Positions 26,784 through 35,822 of a DNA stretch of 64,000 nucleotides are shown one piece after another. The first letter of the stretch is position 1, and every line of letters begins with the position of its first letter. The DNA comes from Candidatus Peregrinibacteria bacterium CG10_big_fil_rev_8_21_14_0_10_55_24 (GTDB taxonomy: Bacteria > Patescibacteriota > Gracilibacteria > Peribacterales > Peribacteraceae). Both the position numbers and the translations under genes were made by a program. The notes below the pieces were generated by a model, which saw nothing but the letters and a program-made list of their open reading frames with translations, was not told the origin of the DNA and did no database searches. The stretch is from NCBI GenBank assembly GCA_002772745.1, contig PFDV01000008.1, forward strand, positions 21,828 through 85,827, written 5' to 3'.

Positions 26784-27734
26784 ATGGGACAACAGAGCAC
26801 CCTCCACATGGTGTTTGCTCAGGCAGTACGTGAATGCGGACAGGTTGTTCCCCGTATGGATTCTGCTGCGCGTGATCGCCCGTCACAGGAGCGACAGCAC
26901 TTCTTCTCTCTGGCAATAAACGGGTTTCGCTACGGATTGGAAGCCCTGCTGGCAGGAACTCGGCAAGAGGACGATGGCCACGGGCGCCGTGATGTTGTGA
27001 TGAATCCGCAGGAAATGCAGCGCAGACACGAACTTGCGGCACAGTTCACTTCGGCAATCGTGCATCAGTTGCCGGAGGACATCATTGAAGGCAACGATGA
27101 AACCGCGCTCTTCATTGCAAAACATATCGGCTTCGCACGCGCGCGAATGCAGATCCTCACAGAGCGCAGCGAAATGCTGCAGGGGGAAGACCGGGAACTT
27201 GATCCTTTGACACTTAAGGCACTGTTCGCAAAAGCACGCATGCAGACGGAGGGGGTGCTCGCACACAAAATACAGGAACTGAACCTGGACCTGCGATCCG
27301 CTATCCGCGAATGCCGCTCCTTCGCAGAAGGAATGATCTTGGGACATCGCCCGCTCCTGGTCGTCGCACAGCGCCTCCCCGCTGAGGAACGCATGATCCT
27401 TGGCAAAAGGGCGGCAGAGCGCACCGATACGCGCGTCCCGGAAATGATGGGTGCATGGCATGCACTCTTCAGCAATACCTTCGAAACCAGCGAGGATGAC
27501 CGGAGGAGAATCAATAACCTCTGCGAGAGGACGGCACATCACTGGTCCGAGATGCGCGCGGGAGAACTCATCATGAATACGATTCCTGAGTTGCGCAGAC
27601 AACGATCAGAAAGACGCAGGAGCCAACCGGTCATCATCCTCGACGACACGCCAGAGGAAGATGCAGATCCTCCGCAACAGTCATCGGCGGACACGCCGCA
27701 GGATTTCCTGAGACAATTGGAAGAACAGGAGTGA
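26784..27734 (+). CDS. Hypothetical protein (about 316 aa), helical, with an acidic C-terminus
   Basis: Track ORF 26745..27734, with the start moved to ATG 26784. No recognisable motif. Confidence 0.5.
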   Translation: MGQQSTLHMVFAQAVRECGQVVPRMDSAARDRPSQERQHFFSLAINGFRYGLEALLAGTRQEDDGHGRRDVVMNPQEMQRRHELAAQFTSAIVHQLPEDIIEGNDETALFIAKHIGFARARMQILTERSEMLQGEDRELDPLTLKALFAKARMQTEGVLAHKIQELNLDLRSAIRECRSFAEGMILGHRPLLVVAQRLPAEERMILGKRAAERTDTRVPEMMGAWHALFSNTFETSEDDRRRINNLCERTAHHWSEMRAGELIMNTIPELRRQRSERRRSQPVIILDDTPEEDADPPQQSSADTPQDFLRQLEEQE

Positions 27735-27738
27735 CACC

Positions 27739-29148
27739 CTACGCGTTCTTCTGAGGAGGACAACACACAGCGGCGAGCAGCCACACGCTGTACGCCACGG
27801 CGCTTTCCTCCCATGCGTGGAGGAAGAGCGCAGCAACCGCGAGACCGAGGAACATGAGGAAGAGTTCCCCACCATCTTCATAGGAACGCAGGCAACGCAG
27901 GAGCAAGAAGACAATGGCGAGAAAGAGGAGAAACCCCGCAACTCCGAGCTCCACCCCCACCTGCAAATACCAGTTCTCCGGCAGGAGCGGGCAGGAGCAC
28001 GCTCGATCCGTGGGCTGCACCTGCTGCGATCCGACGAACACGCAGAGATTCGGACGGTCCGCCGCCCACAGCGCATCCGCACCCTCCTCCAGAAACACGC
28101 ACGCATCGCTTACGCGATTACTGGCGGGACCGGCGCTCCCCAACCCCAAACCCAGAGGATGCTGAGCCATGACCTTGAACGCAGCGAGCGGCCGTGTGAG
28201 GTGACCGCGCGTGGAGGTGGCACGGGTAATGAGACTGGGGGCAAGGAACGCAAGGAGGAGTGCGGCAACCACCGCAAGACCAGCAATGCGCGTAAGTGCC
28301 CGACGGAATGCCTCGCGCGGGAGCAGGTCATAGAGAGCAACAATGGTGATAACACCTGCGGCGATCCATGCACTGCGAGAGAATGAGAAGAGGAGTGCCA
28401 GCGCGAGGAGAACGAGGAGGCAGCCCTGCATCCAGCAACGCTTCCTGCGTCTGAGAATTCCACCATTGAGTGGCGACGAACAGAACGTTGTGAGAAGGCC
28501 GGTAACCCCCGCAGCCCACGGAATGAGCAGCCACAATCCCAGTTGATTGGGGCCACTCAGTGTTGACTGGATACGCTTGAGTGGGAGACCTTCGATGCGC
28601 TGGAATGCTGCGAGGGAACCGTCGGGGAGGTAGAGGGAGTGGAGGTCGGAGTACCCGAGGAAAGAGAAGAACCCCTGTGGGAGGAAGAGCGTGAGCACAC
28701 CGTATCCGGCTACGACGCCACCCACGACGAAGAGCGCCGCAAGCGCGCGAGGAAGAAACTTCTCTGACCAAGGAACGCGCCGCAGGAGGAAGAACACCCC
28801 CAGGGGTACGAGGTCGTACTTGATACCAAGAGCAAGCATCCGCAATTCCGTATGCAGGAGGAGACTCACCGCAAGCGCGAGAGCGGCAAACGCGATGAGC
28901 AGCCCATCGAGAAGGTCGAAACGCCACCGATCGGAACTCTTAAGCCATTCGATGAACGCAATGAGGAGTGCCAATGCGAGGAGCGTCTCCTTCCACAAGG
29001 CTAACATTGCAAGCGGTGCATTGCCCGGTCCCTCAAGCACCCGTGTCCCCACCGTCACGAAGAGCGCATGGAAGGGAAGGAGAACGAGGAGAACGAGCGT
29101 GAGTGTTTCGCGGGTGCGCTGAAGCATGGACGCCATTCTATCAGCCAT
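27739..29148 (-). CDS. O-antigen ligase / Wzy_C-like polytopic membrane protein
   Basis: 469 aa with more than 10 hydrophobic helices. The FSFSRSAWIAAG...loop is typical of the O-antigen ligase family. Confidence 0.7.
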   Translation of the reverse strand: MADRMASMLQRTRETLTLVLLVLLPFHALFVTVGTRVLEGPGNAPLAMLALWKETLLALALLIAFIEWLKSSDRWRFDLLDGLLIAFAALALAVSLLLHTELRMLALGIKYDLVPLGVFFLLRRVPWSEKFLPRALAALFVVGGVVAGYGVLTLFLPQGFFSFLGYSDLHSLYLPDGSLAAFQRIEGLPLKRIQSTLSGPNQLGLWLLIPWAAGVTGLLTTFCSSPLNGGILRRRKRCWMQGCLLVLLALALLFSFSRSAWIAAGVITIVALYDLLPREAFRRALTRIAGLAVVAALLLAFLAPSLITRATSTRGHLTRPLAAFKVMAQHPLGLGLGSAGPASNRVSDACVFLEEGADALWAADRPNLCVFVGSQQVQPTDRACSCPLLPENWYLQVGVELGVAGFLLFLAIVFLLLRCLRSYEDGGELFLMFLGLAVAALFLHAWEESAVAYSVWLLAAVCCPPQKNA

Positions 29149-30517
29149 GGAATGTACGAGATAGACGAGGGAACATCTGCAACCGTTGTTCCTCCGTCCG
29201 GAAGACGCCCCCCTCTTTGAGCACCCCTTCCACTGCGTCGATGCACTTGGTACTCACGTTTTCCCCGTAGAGTTTGGGTGCCTTGCGCATCTCCTGGTTG
29301 TCCCACGCAAACTCGATGATCTTCTTGATTGAATCACTCTCCGTTGGACCGGCGAGAATATTTCCGCCTCCGATAATCGATTCCGAACGATCAGACCCGA
29401 ATCTCAAAGTCACACAGGGCACACCCAACACGTTCATCTCCTCCTGCATGGAACCGGAATCCGTCGCGCAGACCGCGGCCTTGGACATCGCTGCAATAAC
29501 GTCGGTGTACTCGGGCCACACCTCGGAGAGCACGAAGTTCTCGTGTGTCTGTGCAAGCTTCTCCACTTCCTCCGTGAGCCCGAAGCGCTCGAAGGCCTTC
29601 TTCGTCTGGATCATCGAAATGAGGAGCACCATCCTCCCCTCCTCGATGAGTGCCTTCATCGCACCGTAGATGGCGCGGAAGCGATCTCCAGCAATGCAAT
29701 TCTCCCGTCGGTGAATGCAGAAGCGCACGAAATTTCCGTCCGCAAGCTGTGGGTAGCGCTCAAATATGCCTGAAGATGCTGCACGCGCGAGTGCATCCTG
29801 CGTGGCATCGACCACGGAGTTCCCCACGACGAAGATCCGGTCATCCGGAAATCCTTCGCTTAACATGAACTCACGGTCAAGCTCCACCGGCGCAAGGTGA
29901 ATGCCGGTCGCACACTCGGCGCACCGCGTGTTGAACTGCTCCGGATAAGGTTCCATCGATCCACGCTTCCAATTCTTACGCTCCATGAGAAATTTTCGCC
30001 AATCAGCAATATCCACTTCCTCCCAATCGATGGTGCCAGATTGAGAAAGTACTTTCGGAAGCTCTCCAAAGTCTGGTGTCAGCGTCCGGATGCCCGCCTC
30101 CACGTGAACGGAGGAGAACGCGTGGCAGAAGCCGGCGTTACTCGCCGCCATGGCAGTGGTTGTGTCACCGTGCACATACGGGATGACGATCTTTCCGCGC
30201 TCTTTAAGCTCACCGATCACATACCCGAGCCGTCCGATGATCTGGCTCACGACCTCATGCATCGCGCCGCGCACATTGAGGTTAAAATCCGGCTCCACGC
30301 CAAACTCCTTGAGCATCCCTCCGCTCAGATTCTCATCGTAGTGCTGCCCTGTGTGCCCGAGCACCACCAAATGACCGCGCTTCTTGAGTTCCATGTAGAG
30401 CGGCACCTGCTTGATGATATCGGGCTTCGTCGCAATGAGAATCAGATGAACGTGCCGATCAGACTGATCCGCAAGATCATCATAGAACCGAGGAGAGCGG
30501 TACGTTATCTCCTGCAT
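29141..30517 (-). CDS. wecB: UDP-N-acetylglucosamine 2-epimerase (non-hydrolysing type), long variant
   Basis: IATKPDIIKQVPL, VLGHTGQHYD, HVEAGIRT, VGNSVVDA and DSGSMQEEMNVLGVPCVTLR. The start is chosen at ATG 30517. Confidence 0.85.
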   Translation of the reverse strand: MQEITYRSPRFYDDLADQSDRHVHLILIATKPDIIKQVPLYMELKKRGHLVVLGHTGQHYDENLSGGMLKEFGVEPDFNLNVRGAMHEVVSQIIGRLGYVIGELKERGKIVIPYVHGDTTTAMAASNAGFCHAFSSVHVEAGIRTLTPDFGELPKVLSQSGTIDWEEVDIADWRKFLMERKNWKRGSMEPYPEQFNTRCAECATGIHLAPVELDREFMLSEGFPDDRIFVVGNSVVDATQDALARAASSGIFERYPQLADGNFVRFCIHRRENCIAGDRFRAIYGAMKALIEEGRMVLLISMIQTKKAFERFGLTEEVEKLAQTHENFVLSEVWPEYTDVIAAMSKAAVCATDSGSMQEEMNVLGVPCVTLRFGSDRSESIIGGGNILAGPTESDSIKKIIEFAWDNQEMRKAPKLYGENVSTKCIDAVEGVLKEGGVFRTEEQRLQMFPRLSRTFHG

Positions 30518-30811
30518 CCGCACTACGGTAGCGCAATGCATCAATATCGCGCCATGAGAAAGCGGGGAAAGTCCTCCCATAAGGGCGTGTATATACAATG
30601 TCTATACAGTCGTTCTCCCGGCCGCCTCGCCCAGAGCACTCAACGAAACTTTCGCACCAGCGAGAGAACCACAGGGGAACCTTCTCAGGACATGTCAAGA
30701 ATACGTTCCATCGCTGCCGGAACTGAAACAATGGGACGGGCAGGGAAGCCCAGCAGGATGCGAAGTGCTTGAGAACATTGAAGTTGGATTTGCGCAAGAT
30801 ACGATGAGCAC

Positions 30812-31138
30812 ATGACAGAACATCTCGACCAACCACAATCGGACGAGGCAATCGTCCAACTCCACGCAGACCCGCATGAAAGCCACATGGACGTGGCGAA
30901 CCGAGCGATGGCGCAACTCGAGCTATGGGGAAAATACTTCATCGGCCACCCCGATGACGAAGGGAGATTCTTCGTCACTATCCCACACGTAAGCGCTCAA
31001 GTGCGTGAGCAAATTCAGGCCCTGGCTCTTACGGTCGTCGACAAACATGACGATCGCTACACGAAGCACAGGCCTCTGCCAACGAGCGCTCTCCCAGCAT
31101 TCAATAGAGGATTTGTTCCAGCGTCGGCAGAGGTATAA
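30812..31138 (+). CDS. Hypothetical protein (108 aa)
   Basis: Track ORF only. Confidence 0.4.
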   Translation: MTEHLDQPQSDEAIVQLHADPHESHMDVANRAMAQLELWGKYFIGHPDDEGRFFVTIPHVSAQVREQIQALALTVVDKHDDRYTKHRPLPTSALPAFNRGFVPASAEV

Positions 31139-31148
31139 CTCCTGCGTG

Positions 31149-32675
31149 TTACTGCATCTCTTTGGGGATAGGCAGTTCCATGATCGTGAGACACAGACGA
31201 GCAATGTCCTTGATGCCCGTGAATTTCGCAAGGGAATGATTGTTGGGATACTTCGGGGAATGCACGAATGTCTGCACGGGATTTGTCGTATGACTGGGAG
31301 AAACACTGCCATCCGGAAGGAGCATGTCCTCAATGTGGCCGTGGTCCGCCGTGACAATCCACTCATACCCGTACTCTTCCAATATCGGAAGGAGCCTTTG
31401 GAGATTGCGATCAACGGTTTCGCAGGCGATGACGGCCGCCGGAATGTTTGCGCCGTGACCCACGAGATCGGGGTTGGCGTAGTTCGCGACAATGAGACCG
31501 TACTTCTCTGTCTCCACCTGCTCAAGGAGCCTGTCCGTGAGCTCGTCGGCACTCATTTCTGGCACCGTTGCAAAGTTGGGAACCTTGGGCGATTCCACGA
31601 GAATACGGTCCTCGCCGGGGAATGGCTCATGCTTCTGTGCGTTGAAGAAAAACGTGACGTGCGCCATCTTATCGGTCTCCGCGATGCGCAGTTGTTTGAG
31701 CCCTGCATTGGAAACGACTTCACCCAAGGTGTTATGCACCTCCGGCGGGGGGAAGGCCACCGGCAAATGATCGGAGTAGGGCCCCACGCAAACGACGTCT
31801 TTGATCCGCTCCTGCCGCGGGAACTCCGCGAAATCTTTATCCTCAAGCGCCAGCACAATCTGGATCATCCGATCTGAACGGAAGTTGACGCAGACCACCA
31901 CTGCATCAGGCTCCATCTGCTCGAAATCCGCTGTCTTGAGTGGCCTGATGTAGTAATCGGTTTGCTCTTTCTCCGGTGCCTTTGCGTACCACTCCTGCAC
32001 ACCTGTACAGAGATCGCCGACCTCTTCACCTACCCCTTGCGCAAAGAGATCGTAAGCAATCTTGGTGCGATCTCTGTACTGCCGGTCGCGGTCCATGGCG
32101 TAGTAACGACCGACAAGCGATGCGACTTTTGTTGAAGGATGATCCTTGAGGAATGTGACGAACGTAGCATAATCCTGGCAGAACTGTTGCTTGGGGACAT
32201 CGCGGCCATCGCCAACCAGATGGAGGAGAATGTGCTCAACGTTGTGCTGCTCCGCCAATTCGATGAGCGCCTTCCAATGATCGATGTGTCCGTGTACGCC
32301 ACCGTAGGAAAAAACACCCATAAGGTGCAGCGGCACATTGCGCGCCGCGGCTCGCTGACAGGCATGGACAAGCACCGCATTGTGCAGGAGCGCACCGGAA
32401 CGGATGGCGATATTGATCTCCTCGAGGGGTTGCCACACGATCCGCCCCGCGCCGATCGTCAGGTGCCCCGGTTCGCTGGCACCCTGCTGCCCCTCAGGAA
32501 GACCTGCGGCATTGCCGGAAGCCTGCATGAGCACATGGGGAACCTCCTGCTCCAGACGCGTGATTGTTGGGAGCTTGGCTAGACTGCGCGCATTACCCGG
32601 GCCCGGAGGGGCAACGCCGAACCCGTCGATGATAATGAGTGCACAGCGCGGCATTGCGATTAACCTACCATGCAC
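31149..32675 (-). CDS. gpmI: 2,3-bisphosphoglycerate-independent phosphoglycerate mutase
   Basis: LIIIDGFGV, GNSEPGHL-like SEPGHLTIGAGR, HLMGVFSYGGVHGH, DGRD, ADHGH and NPDLVGHG. Confidence 0.9.
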   Translation of the reverse strand: MHGRLIAMPRCALIIIDGFGVAPPGPGNARSLAKLPTITRLEQEVPHVLMQASGNAAGLPEGQQGASEPGHLTIGAGRIVWQPLEEINIAIRSGALLHNAVLVHACQRAAARNVPLHLMGVFSYGGVHGHIDHWKALIELAEQHNVEHILLHLVGDGRDVPKQQFCQDYATFVTFLKDHPSTKVASLVGRYYAMDRDRQYRDRTKIAYDLFAQGVGEEVGDLCTGVQEWYAKAPEKEQTDYYIRPLKTADFEQMEPDAVVVCVNFRSDRMIQIVLALEDKDFAEFPRQERIKDVVCVGPYSDHLPVAFPPPEVHNTLGEVVSNAGLKQLRIAETDKMAHVTFFFNAQKHEPFPGEDRILVESPKVPNFATVPEMSADELTDRLLEQVETEKYGLIVANYANPDLVGHGANIPAAVIACETVDRNLQRLLPILEEYGYEWIVTADHGHIEDMLLPDGSVSPSHTTNPVQTFVHSPKYPNNHSLAKFTGIKDIARLCLTIMELPIPKEMQ

Positions 32676-32702
32676 GCCAAAGAAGTGCTACAATGAAAGG
32701 AA

Positions 32703-33020
32703 ATGGAGATCACAACTATCTCACGCAGACGCTACACACAAACCGTGCTCCTTGCGATTCTCGGAAGCATGCTCATTGTTTCCGTGCTCGCAACGCTCGG
32801 GCGCGCCAGCTACAACCTCACCGCAGCGGTCACCTCCAAGCCCGACCTCGCGGTCTATCTGCTGCTCCCGGAGGAGAAGATCGGACAACTCAAACTCTTG
32901 CGAGAAGAAAAGGACGAGCGTCACTACTACGCCGAAACGAAGGACGGCCCCAAGCTCGTCATCCTCAAGCGCGGAGAGAAACAGTGGTACGTGGCGGAAG
33001 TGGAGGAGCTGCGAGAGTAA
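32703..33020 (+). CDS. Hypothetical small membrane-anchored protein (105 aa)
   Basis: Track ORF with the N-terminal transmembrane segment VLLAILGSMLIVSVLATL. A TACAAT box lies 8 nt upstream. Confidence 0.45.
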   Translation: MEITTISRRRYTQTVLLAILGSMLIVSVLATLGRASYNLTAAVTSKPDLAVYLLLPEEKIGQLKLLREEKDERHYYAETKDGPKLVILKRGEKQWYVAEVEELRE

Positions 33021-33038
33021 TATCCCTGTGAATCCCCC

Positions 33039-33314
33039 ATGATTGCTCTCCCCCCTGAACAGCGCGACGAACTCTCCGATCTCGTCGCGGAAGCACGAGG
33101 GGAATTGTACAAAATGGATGTGGATTTCAACGAACGTTTTTCCCAAGCAGAACAAGAGTACCTGACCATCACAAACCCGGATATTTTCAGCCTGATGGAG
33201 CGAGAGACGCTCAATGCGGCACGCGAGCGTTTGCGTCGAAAACTCCTCGCACTGATCCGAGAGGCCCACCGAGGTGAAGAGGCGGAATATCCTTCCGAAC
33301 TGCAGAACAACTAG
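33039..33314 (+). CDS. Hypothetical protein (91 aa, helical)
   Basis: Track ORF only. Confidence 0.4.
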   Translation: MIALPPEQRDELSDLVAEARGELYKMDVDFNERFSQAEQEYLTITNPDIFSLMERETLNAARERLRRKLLALIREAHRGEEAEYPSELQNN

Positions 33315-34072
33315 CTTCTCTCGTGACGGAAGAGCACGAGGAAAGGGAACACAGCCACCGCATTCCAGATACGCCGGATGCGTTTGGGTTCTTTAAGAAG
33401 CCTCCAGAGCCATTCGAATCCGAGAGTACGCAGGAAGCGCGGTGCACGCCGCTGCACTCCGGTGAGGAAGTCGAACGTTCCACCCACGCCCATCGCAATG
33501 CACACGGAGGGAAGATCTTTGAGGTGACGATCGATCCAGAAGTCCTGCTCCGGTGCGCCGAACGCGACAAAGAGCACATGGGGTTTCGCATTGCGGATTT
33601 GTTCGAGGATAGCAGGCGCATCTTCTGTGCGGGGGCTCCCCGCACAAGTACCGACGACGATGAGATTGGTATTGCGCTTCTTGAGCTCCTGCGCCGCCCT
33701 CTCCGCAACACCGGGTGCACTGCCAAGAAGGAAGACTGGATGCTCGGGTCCTAGCCGGGCGCAGAATGCAGTGACGGTATCCACGCCCGTTACGCGCTCA
33801 GGCAGGTATTGCCCGGTGAGCCGCGCCATAAAGAGGAGCCCCACACTGTCGGGGATGTTGAGATTCGTGCGGGAGAGGAGTTCACGGAACACGGGATTGC
33901 GCGCCGCCTCCACCAGCATTTCGCTGTTGGGTGTCATCACATGGTGATGCCCACCGAGAGGCACCGCGCGGCGCAGGCCTCCCGTATGGAGCATGGCGAG
34001 CAAACATTCGATTGCTTCCTCTCGCCTAAGGGCATCAATGGGAACACCGAGCAGGGTCACACGTTGTGGCAT
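33311..34072 (-). CDS. WecG/TagA/CpsF family glycosyltransferase
   Basis: MPQRVTLLGVPIDAL..., NIPDSVGLLFMARL, FLLGSAPGVAERAA, LFVAFGAPEQDFWI and GVGGTFDFLTG. The start is at ATG 34072. The upstream part of track ORF 33311..34585 overlaps the DsbA-like gene. Confidence 0.8.
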   Translation of the reverse strand: MPQRVTLLGVPIDALRREEAIECLLAMLHTGGLRRAVPLGGHHHVMTPNSEMLVEAARNPVFRELLSRTNLNIPDSVGLLFMARLTGQYLPERVTGVDTVTAFCARLGPEHPVFLLGSAPGVAERAAQELKKRNTNLIVVGTCAGSPRTEDAPAILEQIRNAKPHVLFVAFGAPEQDFWIDRHLKDLPSVCIAMGVGGTFDFLTGVQRRAPRFLRTLGFEWLWRLLKEPKRIRRIWNAVAVFPFLVLFRHERS

Positions 34073-34127
34073 CGAGGCTATCGTAGCGCGGCTGTCACTC
34101 CTGTGCAGCATTCTGTATAGTGCGCGC

Positions 34128-34826
34128 ATGCAGAAATTTCTCATCCTGCTTGTAAGCTGCATACTCACCGCCTGTACGACGGTGAAGGAAACCCCTCCTA
34201 TGGCGACAGGGCAGGAATCCTCATCTGCAGCTTTGCAACCACGGATGGAGGAAACAGGGGAGGACGAAGTGGTTGCCCCCCCTGCCGCAACCGGGAGCAC
34301 GGTTGCAGAACGATTGCTTGCCACCGGCATTCTGGAAATCGGAGAAGCGAACGCCCCGCTCACCTTGCTGCTCTTCACCGAACACCACGCACGGTACTGC
34401 CGCGAGTTCCAGCGCGACATGATGCCACGTTTGGTGGAGGAATTCGTTGAACCAGGGGTCCTCCGGCTGCAGGTGGTGATCCTGCCGCTCAAGAAGTATC
34501 CCCAATCACAGACAGCGGCAGCAGCCCTTCTCTGTGCGGCAGAACAAGAACGCGGCTTCGACCTCCATGACATTTTGAGTGACAAGCTCGATCGCGAACG
34601 TTTAGAGCCCCGGCACTACGCAGAGGAGCTCAAGCTCGATATGGAACTCTTCGACGAGTGCCTTGCAGATGAGGGAACTGCACTCGTCCTGGAGCAGCAA
34701 CGCACGTGGTCACACTCACTGGCAGTTTCGCTTGTCCCCACGTTCTTCCTCAATGGAGAGAAACTCGTGGGGCTCCCCTACTACGCCGACCTCAAGGGGA
34801 TGATCGGGGAACAAGTAAGTGAATAA
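34128..34826 (+). CDS. DsbA/thioredoxin-fold lipoprotein with a degenerate active site (ARYC instead of CxxC)
   Basis: Lipobox MQKFLILLVSCILTAC. Thioredoxin_4-like layout (APLTLLLFTEHHARYCREF..., LVPTFFLNGEKLVG). Confidence 0.7.
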   Translation: MQKFLILLVSCILTACTTVKETPPMATGQESSSAALQPRMEETGEDEVVAPPAATGSTVAERLLATGILEIGEANAPLTLLLFTEHHARYCREFQRDMMPRLVEEFVEPGVLRLQVVILPLKKYPQSQTAAAALLCAAEQERGFDLHDILSDKLDRERLEPRHYAEELKLDMELFDECLADEGTALVLEQQRTWSHSLAVSLVPTFFLNGEKLVGLPYYADLKGMIGEQVSE

Positions 34827-34834
34827 GGCGGATC

Positions 34835-35110
34835 TCAAGGAGTCCGGTTGCACACGCGCACGAGTTTGAGGCGCGCAGTCTTGCCCGCGACGATTTCGAC
34901 GTTCGCACGGGGAACATGGAGCTCCTCCGCGAGAAAGTGAATGAGTTCCGCATTCGCCTTCCCCCTTTCCGCAGGAGCGGCAACGGCAATCTTCACGCTC
35001 TCATCGGCCATGATCTCCATGACGCGCGTCTTGGCCGCAGAGGGAACCGTGCGGACGGTGAATTGCACTCTACCATCCTCTGCCAACATATCACGGTACG
35101 GCTGGAGCAT
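34835..35110 (-). CDS. DUF167 (YggU) family protein
   Basis: 91 aa. FTVRTVPSAAKTRV...VKIAVAAPAERGKANAELIHFLAEEL is typical of DUF167. Confidence 0.75.
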   Translation of the reverse strand: MLQPYRDMLAEDGRVQFTVRTVPSAAKTRVMEIMADESVKIAVAAPAERGKANAELIHFLAEELHVPRANVEIVAGKTARLKLVRVCNRTP

Positions 35111-35115
35111 AGTGA

Positions 35116-35325
35116 TTAGCGCACGCGCGGTGAGAGAGGGTTATGCCCCTCTCGAGCTTGGAGCAACCGCTCACATGCTCTCCACACATGAATGCTCAAC
35201 ATGCTCCGAAGTTCCCGTGGCTGGTCCTGGAGAATCTGCGACATTTCTATGACGTCTGGCAGTTGTGCATGCTCGTCAACGAATGCCTGCGCAGCCTTCT
35301 GAGGATCGAAGAGAGAACAAACCAT
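35116..35325 (-). CDS. Possible small hypothetical protein (69 aa)
   Basis: Track ORF, 5 nt upstream of the DUF167 gene. A competing plus-strand ORF exists at 35143..35328. Confidence 0.3.
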   Translation of the reverse strand: MVCSLFDPQKAAQAFVDEHAQLPDVIEMSQILQDQPRELRSMLSIHVWRACERLLQAREGHNPLSPRVR

Positions 35326-35399
35326 TGATTACGTTATCGCAGAATTCCTGAGCGAAGTCAACGATGAACCGCGTGTGAAGACATCTGCCCCGAAGAATC

Positions 35400-35435
35400 G
35401 GGGCTCCTCTGCGGCGCAAGCCACGGAGGAGCCCC
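35400..35435 (-). terminator. Perfect 10-bp hairpin (GGGGCTCCTC / GAGGAGCCCC, 16-nt loop) downstream of small ORF 35446..35667
   Basis: Read directly from the sequence. The trailing U-tract is weak (GATTCTTC). Confidence 0.45.
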
Positions 35436-35445
35436 TTCGCCCTTG

Positions 35446-35667
35446 CTACGAGGATGGCGGCAACTGGCCTCTGGGCTTGGGATTGCTCCGGCCCTCGGAC
35501 CAGCCGACCCGGTAGCCCCTCAAGTAGGCCTCATTGCCGAAGAAAGGTTCCCCCTTCTCTGGCGGGGCCCACCGTCCGAGCCACCCATCCTGTTTCCCAG
35601 CATGGAAGCCCGACTCGTAGGAATCGGCGTCTTCCTGCCGGGGAGCATCACCCTGATCGCAGGACAT
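35446..35667 (-). CDS. Small hypothetical protein (73 aa) with an internal Y/W-G repeat
   Basis: ATG 35667 is preceded by a canonical AAGGAGG Shine-Dalgarno (reverse complement of 35674..35680) with a 6-nt spacer. It is followed by a perfect 10-bp hairpin (35400..35435). SYESGFHAGKQDGW resembles NEAYLRGYRVGW. Confidence 0.45.
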   Translation of the reverse strand: MSCDQGDAPRQEDADSYESGFHAGKQDGWLGRWAPPEKGEPFFGNEAYLRGYRVGWSEGRSNPKPRGQLPPSS

Positions 35668-35822
35668 CCTTGACCTCCTTTCAGAAGTTTGACGGACGAA
35701 TCTGCCGCGCTCCAAGCGAGACAGATGTCTTCCCACAGTGGCAAAGAGCGAAGGAGACAGTATAGGAAATCGAATAACTTTTCATTTATGCTTTTTCCGA
35801 TTTAAGCTTTTCTTGGTGTCCA

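Noticed and set aside
26734-27042. N-terminal extension of the guaA track ORF (start 27042)
   Set aside because: The extension has no GuaA similarity, is Arg/Pro-rich, and overlaps the divergent gene and promoter region. GuaA homology starts at MEHPQSIVILDFGG.
30690-30790. SRP (4.5S) RNA in the wecB upstream gap, suggested by GGGCAGGGAAGCCCAGCAGG
   Set aside because: It lacks the conserved GGAA-tetraloop/GGAAGCAGCC helix-8 core and a convincing closing helix. I keep it only as a gap worth running through cmscan.
29897-31877. Plus-strand ORFs 29897..30772 and 31005..31877
   Set aside because: They are antisense to wecB and gpmI.
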